A stretch of 64,000 nt of DNA. Origin: a virus (Duplodnaviria; Caudoviricetes). Positions 49,762-60,116 of the stretch are shown one piece after another. Made by a program: the position numbers and the translations under genes. The notes beneath the pieces were generated by a model. That model was not told the origin of the DNA. It made no database searches and worked only from the letters and a program-made list of their open reading frames with translations. The stretch lies in the IMG/VR virus record IMGVR_UViG_3300006153_000003; one strand, written 5' to 3'. How positions within the stretch are numbered: position 1 is the first letter of the stretch; each line of letters starts with the position of its first letter.

Positions 49762-49920
49762 ATGAAAAGTAGTAAAACAAATTTACCAACAATAAATCCT
49801 TACTCCAATGACGATTATGACGATGACAATATTCCAGAGGTTGATCTTCCAAAGACAACCGATGCCGAAAATATAATTCCAGATGAAGTGCCACGTCGTG
49901 ATGGTCCTGGTGGAGAGTGA
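49762..49920 (+). CDS. Small acidic protein (52 aa) ending VPRRDGPGGE, not in ORF track
   Basis: AAAGGAG RBS; manual translation; hairpin after the stop. Confidence 0.65.
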   Translation: MKSSKTNLPTINPYSNDDYDDDNIPEVDLPKTTDAENIIPDEVPRRDGPGGE

Positions 49921-49957
49921 GAGGGAATTTCCCCTTACTCACCCCCATACTCTCTCT

Positions 49958-50683
49958 TTACTCCTGCGGCCTGTCTGCTATGCAGGCAATATTTCCTTCA
50001 ATCTTTTTATAAGTATCATTTGCCATAAGAACCTGCAATACCGCATTGGACAGCATCGCCTTCGTGCTTTCATCAAATGCCGCCTTCACATCACGATTTA
50101 CCTGCTGGCGAACTTCATCCACCTGCTTATCCAGATAGCTTTTCACCTCATCATCAATTCCAAGGTGCTGCAGAAGATACTCTTCAAATGTATATTCCTT
50201 CGTTTCCGCTCTGTACCGCCCCTTATTGTACCTGTCCTTCTCAAAGTTCTTAACGATCCGGAATCTATTGTTTTCAATACAATCCTTTACGCATCGCTTC
50301 GCATACTGGAACAATGTAAGCTCTTCTTTCGGTTCATCATCCCAGACATTGGAACCACCAATGCAAATTTTCTCATTAACCATGAAATCCTGTACAATAT
50401 CCTTAATGATATCGCCGGTTGCACACTGAATCTTCTTCTGAATATCCTCCAGGACCTCTCTCTTGATCTCACTCACGATTTCGCTATATAGATTCTTCTT
50501 GACCTCTGATGCTACGACCTGCATAATTCCAGCCGCAAAATTTTCCGTGTTGAATTCTATTTTCAGATTTTCTCTCTCCATCTTTACTTCCGTATTATCC
50601 ATTCCGTCCTGTTCCTCCATTTCTTCCGGCGTAGGCTCGTAGTCCTCGCCATAATAATCATCATAATACATATTTAATTTCAC
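49958..50683 (-). CDS. Hypothetical helical phage protein, higher GC
   Basis: 241-aa ORF with AAGGAG upstream. Confidence 0.65.
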   Translation of the reverse strand: MKLNMYYDDYYGEDYEPTPEEMEEQDGMDNTEVKMERENLKIEFNTENFAAGIMQVVASEVKKNLYSEIVSEIKREVLEDIQKKIQCATGDIIKDIVQDFMVNEKICIGGSNVWDDEPKEELTLFQYAKRCVKDCIENNRFRIVKNFEKDRYNKGRYRAETKEYTFEEYLLQHLGIDDEVKSYLDKQVDEVRQQVNRDVKAAFDESTKAMLSNAVLQVLMANDTYKKIEGNIACIADRPQE

Positions 50684-50699
50684 TCCTTGCCACTAACTT

Positions 50700-50924
50700 T
50701 TAATCTAATGGATCGCCAACATCAAACAGCACTTTATTTACCACTTCGCCAATACCACACATATCTACCCCATACGGCTCCACATCTTTCCAACTGCACT
50801 TGTCACAATCTTGCCCCTTATGCAAAGCTTTCGCATGACATTCTTCCATATCTTTTTCCATCTGATCCGACACATGAAGTATCATCACTGTATGTGGTGC
50901 TTGGAAAAGTTTAATCTTTTTCAT
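50700..50924 (-). CDS. Hypothetical phage protein
   Basis: AAGGAG RBS. Confidence 0.55.
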   Translation of the reverse strand: MKKIKLFQAPHTVMILHVSDQMEKDMEECHAKALHKGQDCDKCSWKDVEPYGVDMCGIGEVVNKVLFDVGDPLD

Positions 50925-51037
50925 CTTTGGTCTCCTTTTATAAACTTTCGATTATTTACAGGTTCCAAATCATTTAATATTTTTCTAAGAATATATTGTG
51001 TGTAGTCATAAAATACTGCACACAATAAAATTCAAAA

Positions 51038-51796
51038 TCATTTCTTTCTATTTGCTTTTAATTCCTGTAACTTTTGATCCACTTCCTCATCTTTCATACG
51101 TTTATCAAGACGCATTTGCTGAACAGTTGAAGAATTCTCATAAGCAACTTTATTCCCATCAGCTTCTTCTTTGGTTTTACGGATTCCATCTCTTACTTTT
51201 TCTAACATTTTATCTTCTTCTTTGGACGAAATACCAGGTGTTGCTTGTAATGACTTAGTGACCTGTGCTGTTTCAAGTGTTAGGATTGCATTTTCTTTTT
51301 CTGATTTCAAATCTCCTAACTCAGCAAAAATATTATCTACAGTCTCTTTTTGCAGGACAGAATTAGACTTAAGTTCTTTTAAAGCATTTTTAATAATGTC
51401 TACTTTTTCATTTACTTCCTGTTGTCGTTTTAAATAAACCTTTGCACCTTCATCATCATTCTTATCAACACAGGTATTGATGTTGAGATTTAATTGCATA
51501 TTCTCTTTCTGCAAAATTCTCAATTGTTCTTCATACGTTTGAATTTTTCCTAACATTTGCGTGTAGATAGAATAAGCCTTTTGATAATCATTTCCCTTCG
51601 CTGCTATTGCAGTATTATAATATGCCTTGGCCCCCTCCGGTGTAGAAGCGTCTTTTGAAATCAATTCGTCTGCTGTTCCAGAAGCCCTTAATCTTATTCT
51701 TTTACCCACCTTAGTAAAAAACAATACACCTCCAATAGTGCAAACAAAAATTAAAATAGCTAGTAGATTTACCATATCAATCCCTTCCTTCATCAA
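51038..51796 (-). CDS. PspA/IM30-like coiled-coil protein with N-terminal TM helix
   Basis: Long helical coiled coil, A..YL and KLQELKA C-terminus; probable start at MVNLL. Confidence 0.65.
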   Translation of the reverse strand: MMKEGIDMVNLLAILIFVCTIGGVLFFTKVGKRIRLRASGTADELISKDASTPEGAKAYYNTAIAAKGNDYQKAYSIYTQMLGKIQTYEEQLRILQKENMQLNLNINTCVDKNDDEGAKVYLKRQQEVNEKVDIIKNALKELKSNSVLQKETVDNIFAELGDLKSEKENAILTLETAQVTKSLQATPGISSKEEDKMLEKVRDGIRKTKEEADGNKVAYENSSTVQQMRLDKRMKDEEVDQKLQELKANRKK

Positions 51797-52415
51797 TATC
51801 TAATCCAAAATTCTTAAAAAGTTCTGTCATACCTCCCACGTAACCTGAACCCATAGCCTGAAACTTAAATCCATCACCATAACGGTATAAACGCCCCATT
51901 TCTACTGCATTCAAATCTGTAAATTTTTCTTCTTCAGACAAATCATACTCTGCAACAAATCCTTTAGGATTATCGTAATCACAAATTATCATTTTGGCAT
52001 TGCTCACCATCCCAAAATTTTGTAATCTCTGTATTGCTCTAAAAATAGTTAAGCACACTGTAAAATCTGTTCTTTCTTTAGGAAACTTGTCTGCATGAAT
52101 AATAAAATATTCGTCATAATGTTTACCGTTAAAATTAATTCCCTGTGAATCGTCACCTGTTCGATTATCTCCTGAAAACTCAATCCATGGATAATCAGTA
52201 CCATTTCCATAAGTATTATAATTTACAATATCTTTAGGATAAGCCACTTTTCTATCCGAATTAGTTAACATCCCATGGATATCAAAATCAATATCTGACT
52301 CTCCTGCAAAACGATTCTCATCCCAATTAACTCCAATAAAGATATTTTTAATTGCACTTCCATCTTCTTTTGCCATACTAATCTTTTGATTCTTACTCAT
52401 ATTAATTACTGCCAT
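51777..52415 (-). CDS. TerD-family protein
   Basis: GVNWD, DFD, GDNRTGD, QNFGMVSNA, GRLYR and FKFQAMGSG motifs. Confidence 0.9.
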   Translation of the reverse strand: MAVINMSKNQKISMAKEDGSAIKNIFIGVNWDENRFAGESDIDFDIHGMLTNSDRKVAYPKDIVNYNTYGNGTDYPWIEFSGDNRTGDDSQGINFNGKHYDEYFIIHADKFPKERTDFTVCLTIFRAIQRLQNFGMVSNAKMIICDYDNPKGFVAEYDLSEEEKFTDLNAVEMGRLYRYGDGFKFQAMGSGYVGGMTELFKNFGLDIDEGRD

Positions 52416-52436
52416 TATTTAACCCTCCATTTTCAA

Positions 52437-53201
52437 TTATTTACTGTTTAACCAATCTTTATATTGTCTTAAAATTTCACTATATAGCTCTTCATCACTC
52501 ATCCTATTCATATCTTTTACTGCTGTAAATCCTGTATTATCATACTTGCGTCTTTTCATATCATCTAAAGAACGTAAATAATCAAAACTTTCATTTCCAA
52601 TACCAATAAACTGAACAAACATATTGTAATTAGATAATTCTCTAATAATTCTGTTTGTCTCTTCGGTATCCCAATTTTCTCCATCTGTTATAAAGATAAT
52701 AAAAGCTGGGATTTCACTTGGTTCAATATCCTTATAATATGAGACAATATCTTTTAAAACTGGTGCATAACTGGTCCCTCCCATACTCATACCTGATCTC
52801 ATCATCACTTTTCTTACATAATTCTTATAATTATTAATATCAACTGCTTCAAGGCGCTTCATACTATTTGAAAATAACCAAGATTCTAATTCACCATTGT
52901 CATCAAACTTCAATGCTATTGGTAAAAGCCTTGTAATTGTATCCTGGACAGAACCATTATTAAACAGCTCACTCATACTTCCTGAATAATCCATAGCCAA
53001 TGCAACTCTTGCAGTATGCTTTGACATATCAATCTTACTTGTTTTCGACATATCAATTAGAACCTTGTTTAGGCTTTTGGCCGACTTTGACATATCAATT
53101 GTTACATTTTCTAAATTCTGTAATGCTACTGGTGTGGCGGTACTATCATGCACCACCATCTGAGAATCCTTTCTACCAAACAATTTTTCAAATAATCCCA
53201 T
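52437..53201 (-). CDS. vWA domain protein (TerF-associated type)
   Basis: DYSGSM MIDAS, GGTSY, FITDG, QFIGIG and DNTGF motifs. Confidence 0.88.
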   Translation of the reverse strand: MGLFEKLFGRKDSQMVVHDSTATPVALQNLENVTIDMSKSAKSLNKVLIDMSKTSKIDMSKHTARVALAMDYSGSMSELFNNGSVQDTITRLLPIALKFDDNGELESWLFSNSMKRLEAVDINNYKNYVRKVMMRSGMSMGGTSYAPVLKDIVSYYKDIEPSEIPAFIIFITDGENWDTEETNRIIRELSNYNMFVQFIGIGNESFDYLRSLDDMKRRKYDNTGFTAVKDMNRMSDEELYSEILRQYKDWLNSK

Positions 53202-53213
53202 TTGTTTCCTCCT

Positions 53214-55820
53214 TTAATTCTTTTTTCTTTTTGTAATATATTTTCTTAATATATCAATTGGAATCACAATAAATCCTAGTCCAATTATGACCATCCATTG
53301 AACGATATTTAATGAACTAACCTTAATAAGATTTCCCATAAACGTACAAACTGCCATCGTTCCTATAAAAATTCCCAAAGCAATTTTTGTAAATAATTTA
53401 TTGCTGCTCAATCCACTAAGCAAATTCATATGTTCTGTTCTAATATTGAAACCATTAAATACTGCCATGAAACATAAGAGAGCAAATCTGGCCGTCAAGC
53501 TTTCCAATTCCGATGTAAATATGCATTTAATTGGAGAAATTGTAAGTATCCCGTAAACAGCGATAAAAGAACACGTACTTATTGCAATTCTTTCTTTTGC
53601 CCCTCTAATAAACAAACCTGATCCTTTTTTAATAGGTTTCTCACTCATATATTCTTCTTTTGGAGGTTCTCCACCAAAAGAAAGTGAATTAAGAGAATCC
53701 ATAATAATGTTTACAATTAAAATCTGAACTGATGCTAATATAGACGCTCCCGCAGACAACATCGGGTATACAATGCTTAAAATCAAAAGTGAAATATTAA
53801 TTGGTAATTGAAATTCTAGGAACATCATGATATTATGCATAAATGTTCTACCCAGTTCTACTGCCTTTACTGTTGAAGCAAAATTGTCATCAGTTAATAC
53901 AATATCGCTTGCTTCTTTTGCTACGTCGCTCCCACTTTGCATCCCAAATCCAACATCTGCCCTCTTTAATGCCGGAGAATCATTTACGCCATCTCCTGTC
54001 ATTGCTACAGATTTACCAATTTCCTGTGCCAATGTTACAAGCCTAAGTTTCGTATTAGGAGAACATCTGGAAATTACTCTAAGCGAAGGAATTACATTCT
54101 TTACTTCTTCATCTGTCATTGCTTCAAATTCATCATTTGATAAAGCTACATCACCCTCTTTATAAATTCCACATTCTCTCGCTACTGAAATAGCTGTTTC
54201 AATACAATCTCCTGTAATTTCAATTACTTGAATACCAGCTTTACGTGCAACCCTTACAGCGTTTGGCACTTCCAACCTTACAGGATCAACTACACCAATA
54301 ATTCCAAGCAATGTCATTTCTGATGGCAGTATATTTTCAATTAAATCTTCGTTTTTCATGGCTAAAGCAATACACCTAATTGACTTCGATGTCATTGTTC
54401 TAATAGTCTCATCTATACTCTTCTTCATTGTGGACGTTAAATCACATATCGATCCATCATTTTTCATAACTCTTGTGCAAGAATCAATCAATTTTTCAGG
54501 AGCCCCTTTGTAATATGTAGTCCCATTTTCAGAAGTAAAAGCTGAATACTTATTAGAACTGTTAAATACCTGCTTGTCCTTCATATTATTATTGTTCAAA
54601 ACAGATAAATACTCTTCATTTTTCACAAGAGAAAGTATAGCTCTATCAATTGAATTGCCGCCTGTAATATTATTTTTGTTGTCAAACGTTGCACTATTGT
54701 TTAATATAATATTCTTTTCAATTTCGCTCCAAAGAGGAGAATTTCGATCAACTTCCTTCCCTTCTCCACTTACAATTGTTTTTGGACTCATAACTCCTGT
54801 TGTTAAGGTCCCTGTTTTGTCAGTGCAAATAATATCTACATAGGCTAATTCTGGAATTTTATTTGGATTTTTTGCCAAAATATTAAATTGTTCCATTGTT
54901 TTAACATTTTGTTTAGTTACAAGTTTTACAATTAATGGAAGTCCTTCTGGAACTGCAGCTACAATGATTGTTAATGCTACCGAAAAATTTTGTGCAAATT
55001 TTTGAATAATATTAAATGGACTATCTGCAAAATATTCGCTAAATCCAACTTCTACAATTCCTGATACAGTAAGGATAACAAATGTTAAAATTGCTGCGAT
55101 TGTTCCCCATTTTGAGATAAATTCACTCAAATTATCAAGTGCAATATCTAATGCTGTCTTAGGTGATTCCAATGTCTGCATTTTAACCATTGTGTCTCCA
55201 TTAATGGTATTAATTCCAACATCTGTTACAACCATCTTCCCCTCACCGGCCATTACTGTAGTTCCTGCAAATAGACAGTTTTCATTTGTATATGCATCTG
55301 TAGATGTTGTTTTCTTATGAATATATCCCTCCACTGGGTACTTTTTACATTCTTTGCTTTCTCCATTTATTGCAGCGTTATTTACAGAAATCTTTCCTTC
55401 TACAATATAACCATCAGCGAATATCTCTTGCCCCATTCCTAGACAAACCAAATCACCAATTACAATATCATCCTTGTTAATTGTTACTACTTTTCCATCA
55501 CGAATAACATCACAATATCGAATTGATGTTTTTGCTCTTAATTCTGCGGCCGATTTCTGTACACCCAATCCTGTTTTTACAGCAATTCCAGTTACAATTC
55601 CAAGCACTACCATAATCATAATAGGTTCTGAAAATTCCATTACACCCATAAATGCAAGAAATAATTGAATAATTGCAATCGCAATAAGAATGAGTGTGAT
55701 TTTTTCGCTCAAAGCATCTTTTGCAAAATCGTACCAACTTTTCAACTCTGGTTCTGGCAGCTTATTACTACCATATTTTTCTCTACTTTTTAATACTTCA
55801 TTGTTTGTTAATCCTTTCAT
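53214..55820 (-). CDS. Calcium-translocating (PMCA/P2-type) P-type ATPase
   Basis: NGES, VPEGL, DKTGTLT, KGAPE, DPVR and MTGDGVND motifs; multiple TM helices. Confidence 0.92.
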   Translation of the reverse strand: MKGLTNNEVLKSREKYGSNKLPEPELKSWYDFAKDALSEKITLILIAIAIIQLFLAFMGVMEFSEPIMIMVVLGIVTGIAVKTGLGVQKSAAELRAKTSIRYCDVIRDGKVVTINKDDIVIGDLVCLGMGQEIFADGYIVEGKISVNNAAINGESKECKKYPVEGYIHKKTTSTDAYTNENCLFAGTTVMAGEGKMVVTDVGINTINGDTMVKMQTLESPKTALDIALDNLSEFISKWGTIAAILTFVILTVSGIVEVGFSEYFADSPFNIIQKFAQNFSVALTIIVAAVPEGLPLIVKLVTKQNVKTMEQFNILAKNPNKIPELAYVDIICTDKTGTLTTGVMSPKTIVSGEGKEVDRNSPLWSEIEKNIILNNSATFDNKNNITGGNSIDRAILSLVKNEEYLSVLNNNNMKDKQVFNSSNKYSAFTSENGTTYYKGAPEKLIDSCTRVMKNDGSICDLTSTMKKSIDETIRTMTSKSIRCIALAMKNEDLIENILPSEMTLLGIIGVVDPVRLEVPNAVRVARKAGIQVIEITGDCIETAISVARECGIYKEGDVALSNDEFEAMTDEEVKNVIPSLRVISRCSPNTKLRLVTLAQEIGKSVAMTGDGVNDSPALKRADVGFGMQSGSDVAKEASDIVLTDDNFASTVKAVELGRTFMHNIMMFLEFQLPINISLLILSIVYPMLSAGASILASVQILIVNIIMDSLNSLSFGGEPPKEEYMSEKPIKKGSGLFIRGAKERIAISTCSFIAVYGILTISPIKCIFTSELESLTARFALLCFMAVFNGFNIRTEHMNLLSGLSSNKLFTKIALGIFIGTMAVCTFMGNLIKVSSLNIVQWMVIIGLGFIVIPIDILRKYITKRKKN

Positions 55821-56174
55821 TTGTCCTCCTTATATTTTATATCTGTTTTATAACATCTATAACAAAAGAATGTTAAAAATAATAAGGCCTAATACATTGA
55901 CCTTTCATCTCAGAATATATCTTCTACATCTGGGTTCAAATCATTCTCCTATTATCATCCAATTTCGTAACAAACTATCTAAACTTGAATATGGACATTC
56001 TGCATTGCTTTTAAGATCCCCGTAAGAATATACAATACTTTCCTTGAAATCTCTTTATTGATATTTTTATCATATATGTACCTCCTTTTTTAAAACCGCA
56101 AGAATTTGTACCTATAAATTTTCCTATAATCATTCATCATCTCCTCAGTTAAAATCTCGATTTTGTAGTGAGAG

Positions 56175-57509
56175 TTAAGCACCTTCAACCACTAACTCTT
56201 CAGCTTCCTCCATATCTGGAGCATCTGCTTTATCCTTGATTATCCCTTCAAGAACCTTAAAACTGAAATTCTTATGTTTATATGCTGTAAATTTCTCTCG
56301 ATTGTCAATTCTAACAACAACACCTTCCCTTACATGTGTCTTTCCAACCGGGTCAGCACCGTCATAATATTTCTCGACTCTCTCCATCAAATCTTCCCAT
56401 GTAGTAAATACAAACTTTTCAAAAGTAGGAACACACTTAACCCCCAGCTTCTTACATTCAATCTGTACCTGCTCCCAAGGAAGTTCCACAGCAAACCCGT
56501 CCTCATTTGTCATAGTCATTCGATATACATAAATATCATTTTCACCTGGCTCACACCCATATGAGAATACAGTTTCCTTACCATACTGCTTTTCAAAATC
56601 CTTATCTTTGACAAGTTTATTTGAACATCTTCCCATAATTGTTTGATTACCCTCTGTATATCCTACAATCTCATAAAATACTTCTACACCTTTTGGCAGT
56701 TTATCTTTGAAAAAGTCCTGATATTTCTGCCTAAACGCATTGCTACCATAATATCCACCTTCGTAATTCCTTAGTGTAGTTCTCTTGGTCCCACTTACTA
56801 CAGTGAATCTTTTTACTTCTTTATCCTTAATCTTAAATATTTTTTTCAAAATATAATGTCTTTTCTTTTTTACAATCTCAATAGCATTTGCAGTTCTGGC
56901 AGATGTGCCATGCATTTTAAGTGTTATGTAACAGGTATCACCCTCTCTAAAAGCATTTTGATTATATGCAAGCTGCGCAGTATCAATATGCTCAACAAAG
57001 AATGGATAAGAAACCTTTTCTTTTTCTTCTTTCTTATTTCTATTTTTATTCCCAGAAGAATTGTTTTCGCACCTTCTCCGATTAGAACGTGGAATATATT
57101 TTTTGCAAATTTCATGCCCATCCAACATAGAAATCTGGTCGCCATCTGATAATGTTTTTACGTCTACATATTTATTTAACACTTCAATTGGCAATACAAG
57201 TCCGTCTGACTTTTCACTTCTGAGTTTTAGAGCTGTGATATTTCTCTTATCAGGATCAAGATACCCTCCAACATTATTACCGTTTTCATCTTTCAAGCGA
57301 ACAAGATTATTTTCACACGCAAATTCTTCACTTAACTGACCATCTACAGGAAAATAAATTACTCGTTGCCCTTCTGTATAACTCATATCTACAATTACAT
57401 TGTTTCCAAAAATTGTTGCACACTGTAATCTGTCTGCATTACTATGTTTTCTAAGCTGCTTAATTGTTGTTATGTATCCACAATATCCATTTGTTCTATT
57501 TTGTTCCAA
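56175..57509 (-). CDS. RNA ligase (Rnl2-like) with N-terminal OB/tRNA-binding domain
   Basis: HSNADRL, KMHGTS (motif I), EIVG, REGVV and YKHK motifs. Confidence 0.85.
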   Translation of the reverse strand: MEQNRTNGYCGYITTIKQLRKHSNADRLQCATIFGNNVIVDMSYTEGQRVIYFPVDGQLSEEFACENNLVRLKDENGNNVGGYLDPDKRNITALKLRSEKSDGLVLPIEVLNKYVDVKTLSDGDQISMLDGHEICKKYIPRSNRRRCENNSSGNKNRNKKEEKEKVSYPFFVEHIDTAQLAYNQNAFREGDTCYITLKMHGTSARTANAIEIVKKKRHYILKKIFKIKDKEVKRFTVVSGTKRTTLRNYEGGYYGSNAFRQKYQDFFKDKLPKGVEVFYEIVGYTEGNQTIMGRCSNKLVKDKDFEKQYGKETVFSYGCEPGENDIYVYRMTMTNEDGFAVELPWEQVQIECKKLGVKCVPTFEKFVFTTWEDLMERVEKYYDGADPVGKTHVREGVVVRIDNREKFTAYKHKNFSFKVLEGIIKDKADAPDMEEAEELVVEGA

Positions 57510-57593
57510 ATTCGCTTACCGTCATAAGCTGTGCGCACTTTTCACCTATAGGAACTTTTGATTTATCCTTTCTTCTTTTCTTCTTTTATTTGA

Positions 57594-57622
57594 TTGACTA
57601 TTATTTTACTTTGTTATATACT
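57594..57622 (+). promoter_or_regulatory. Sigma-A promoter, antisense to the lytic operon
   Basis: TTGACT-17-TATACT. Confidence 0.7.
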
Positions 57623-57717
57623 ATTTTTGCCCCTTCGGTAGGCACTAGACAAAGATCTAACTGAAGGTAGTGGTAGTTCATGGGGCATTTACCATTACTC
57701 TAAAGGAGGTGTTGCCT

Positions 57718-57912
57718 ATGGTAGCAGATATCGCAACCATTGTTTCGTTTATGTGTTTGTTGATCTCGGAACTTGATTGTTTACGTTATCTAAGTCTAGT
57801 GCCCTACTTGAACTATCGCTTTAACTTATTGCTTTTTCTTTCATCCAATAAATCAAATCATTTCTATTATTCTTTAATTCTCCATCTATTACTCTTTTTA
57901 ATATCTCATTGA
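57718..57912 (+). CDS. Small hydrophobic peptide, type I toxin-like
   Basis: AAGGAGGT RBS; hydrophobic N-terminus; long-range pairing in the mRNA. Confidence 0.4.
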   Translation: MVADIATIVSFMCLLISELDCLRYLSLVPYLNYRFNLLLFLSSNKSNHFYYSLILHLLLFLISH

Positions 57913-59173
57913 GCCAATATCCAACGTCCTTCCCTTCTTTCAAATTCATTGTTTTCTTTACATCATTGCCATTTACAGCTAAATCTTTTAATGAAAAACA
58001 TTCTTGTTCCTGTAAAATTTCTTCAAGAATATCTTCTATATTATTTACTTTCTCTATTCGAGATTTTTCATAGTCTGTTTTTTGTCCTTTAATATCTGCT
58101 TTTCCAACTTCTAACAACCGTCTAAATTGCTTTTCGCCGATTTTATTAAGCCATCTCTTCACGTACTTTTTTCCGACTTCAAAAGTAGCATCATGATAAT
58201 ATACCAGCTCTACTACATTATTTCTGGTTCCATTATCAAATCTAAGACGTTTCATAATAGAATCTGTAATATCAGCACTTACTTTCCCATGACCTTTGAA
58301 ATGCCTAATACCATCTTCTCCATCCTGATAAGAATGTGGTTTCCCAAAATCGTGAAAGAAAACTGCAAGCCTTACGATCAAATCATCTGACTCACATTTT
58401 TCTATTGCATGAATCGTATGACCAAATACATCATACGCATGGTATGGATTATTCTGTTGGAAATCTATCATATCTTTTAATTCTGGAATAAACAGAGAAA
58501 ACACATCAGGATACAGCACTAATTCAACACAGAATTGGTTAGAAGCAACTATTTTACAAAATTCGCTGTTAATTCTTTCAACGGAAATATTCTTTAACCG
58601 CTCATATTGTCGTTCTATTTCAAACATTGTTTCTGGGAACCCCGCAAAACCTAACTGCGCTTCAAATCTTATTGCTCTCAGTATCCGCAAAGCATCTTCA
58701 TTAAACCTCTCTTCTGCGAAACCAACGCAACGAATCTTTTTATATTTAATATCTTCCATACCATTAAACGGATCAATCAGACCAGTTTTAGGATTGTATG
58801 CCATAGCATTAATCGTAAAATCTCTTCTCTGTAAATCTTCAACAAGATTCTTTGTGAATGTTACATTATCAGGTCTACGATTATCAGAATAATCTCCATC
58901 AATCCGATAAGTTGTTACCTCATATGGTTCTTTATTTATCAGTATTGTTACTGTACCATGTTTCAGACCAGTAGGAATAACTTCTTCATTTGGAAATGCT
59001 TCTAATATTTCACCTGGCATGGCAGATGTACAGATATCATAGTCATGAATTGGCCGTCCTAATATACTATCTCTAACTGCTCCACCTACCATATATGCTT
59101 CATACCCACATTTCTCTAATTCCTGTATGATATAATTTACCGGCGCAGGAACTTCTATATTAAATCTTTCCAT
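57821..59173 (-). CDS. cca: CCA-adding tRNA nucleotidyltransferase with HD domain
   Basis: VGGAVRD, DYD, RRDFTINAMA, EDALRILR and HDFGK motifs. Confidence 0.92.
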   Translation of the reverse strand: MERFNIEVPAPVNYIIQELEKCGYEAYMVGGAVRDSILGRPIHDYDICTSAMPGEILEAFPNEEVIPTGLKHGTVTILINKEPYEVTTYRIDGDYSDNRRPDNVTFTKNLVEDLQRRDFTINAMAYNPKTGLIDPFNGMEDIKYKKIRCVGFAEERFNEDALRILRAIRFEAQLGFAGFPETMFEIERQYERLKNISVERINSEFCKIVASNQFCVELVLYPDVFSLFIPELKDMIDFQQNNPYHAYDVFGHTIHAIEKCESDDLIVRLAVFFHDFGKPHSYQDGEDGIRHFKGHGKVSADITDSIMKRLRFDNGTRNNVVELVYYHDATFEVGKKYVKRWLNKIGEKQFRRLLEVGKADIKGQKTDYEKSRIEKVNNIEDILEEILQEQECFSLKDLAVNGNDVKKTMNLKEGKDVGYWLNEILKRVIDGELKNNRNDLIYWMKEKAIS

Positions 59174-60116
59174 TAATATCTACCTCAATTTGTGGAATCT
59201 CAATAAACTTCGCCAATAATCCTTCATGGTAAAAAACTTTGTCACTTTCAGTAACTTCTTCTCCAAGAAACTTTCTTAAAACAAATGGCAATGCAAAATT
59301 ATTCAAACATTTAAACTCTATTTCGGTATCACCATTCTCATCCATAATTTCTTTGTAATATCCATCTATCCCAACAATCTTATGAAGTAAAAATAACTCT
59401 GTTTTGAGCGGAACTGGTATATCCTTTATACCATTGCTAATAGCAAATGCAATTCTTTCCTGCCTATTCCTATCCATATCAGAAATATCAAGCATAATTT
59501 CGTCATTAGAAAAAAATACAACTCGATCCAATGATACAAACACTTCTGTTAAATATGTCAATACACCGTCCATAAGATATTTTTCAAATGTGATATGTTT
59601 TTTAGGATTGCAGTTGCCTAAAATAACCTGACGGATATATTTACTATTGATTATGTGCTGGTTATCTGTATATTTACTAATAAAATTCTCCCAAGAAACA
59701 GCTCCACCAAAAATATCAGCGCTATAGTGATGTAAAGATGAAAAGTTTGCTTTTCTCATATCAATACTGATAAAACATTTCCCATCATTTGATGGCTTAA
59801 ATATATCTTTATTAGAAAGGTTTTTATGTGTCACAGCATACTTATTCATATCTTCTTCATTAAATTTTTGATAAGCTTCCGTATTCTTGATATCTAAAAT
59901 AGTAGCATCCTTTACACGATTATATTCTTCAAAATAGTCTTGTTCACAATGGTATTTCCCCAGTTCGCTTAAAAATATATTCCACTTTTTAAGTGTTCCA
60001 TAAAACTTATCATATAGGACCAATCTATCAGTAAAATATGGTTCCTGGAATATCCTGATTGGAATATTGCAATCTTTACAAAATCTTTCTTTTGCCCTAA
60101 CAGATACTTCCATCAT
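59160..60116 (-). CDS. Uncharacterised protein, possible family-A polymerase-like palm
   Basis: SIDMRKANF and FFSNDEI acidic motifs; function is inference. Confidence 0.45.
   Translation of the reverse strand: MMEVSVRAKERFCKDCNIPIRIFQEPYFTDRLVLYDKFYGTLKKWNIFLSELGKYHCEQDYFEEYNRVKDATILDIKNTEAYQKFNEEDMNKYAVTHKNLSNKDIFKPSNDGKCFISIDMRKANFSSLHHYSADIFGGAVSWENFISKYTDNQHIINSKYIRQVILGNCNPKKHITFEKYLMDGVLTYLTEVFVSLDRVVFFSNDEIMLDISDMDRNRQERIAFAISNGIKDIPVPLKTELFLLHKIVGIDGYYKEIMDENGDTEIEFKCLNNFALPFVLRKFLGEEVTESDKVFYHEGLLAKFIEIPQIEVDINGKI

Noticed and set aside
22372-57566. Weaker junction-motif copies at 22372, 22814, 37341, 49688, 50940, 55891 and 57549
   Set aside because: Two or more mismatches or the wrong spacer length; not counted without a statistical model.
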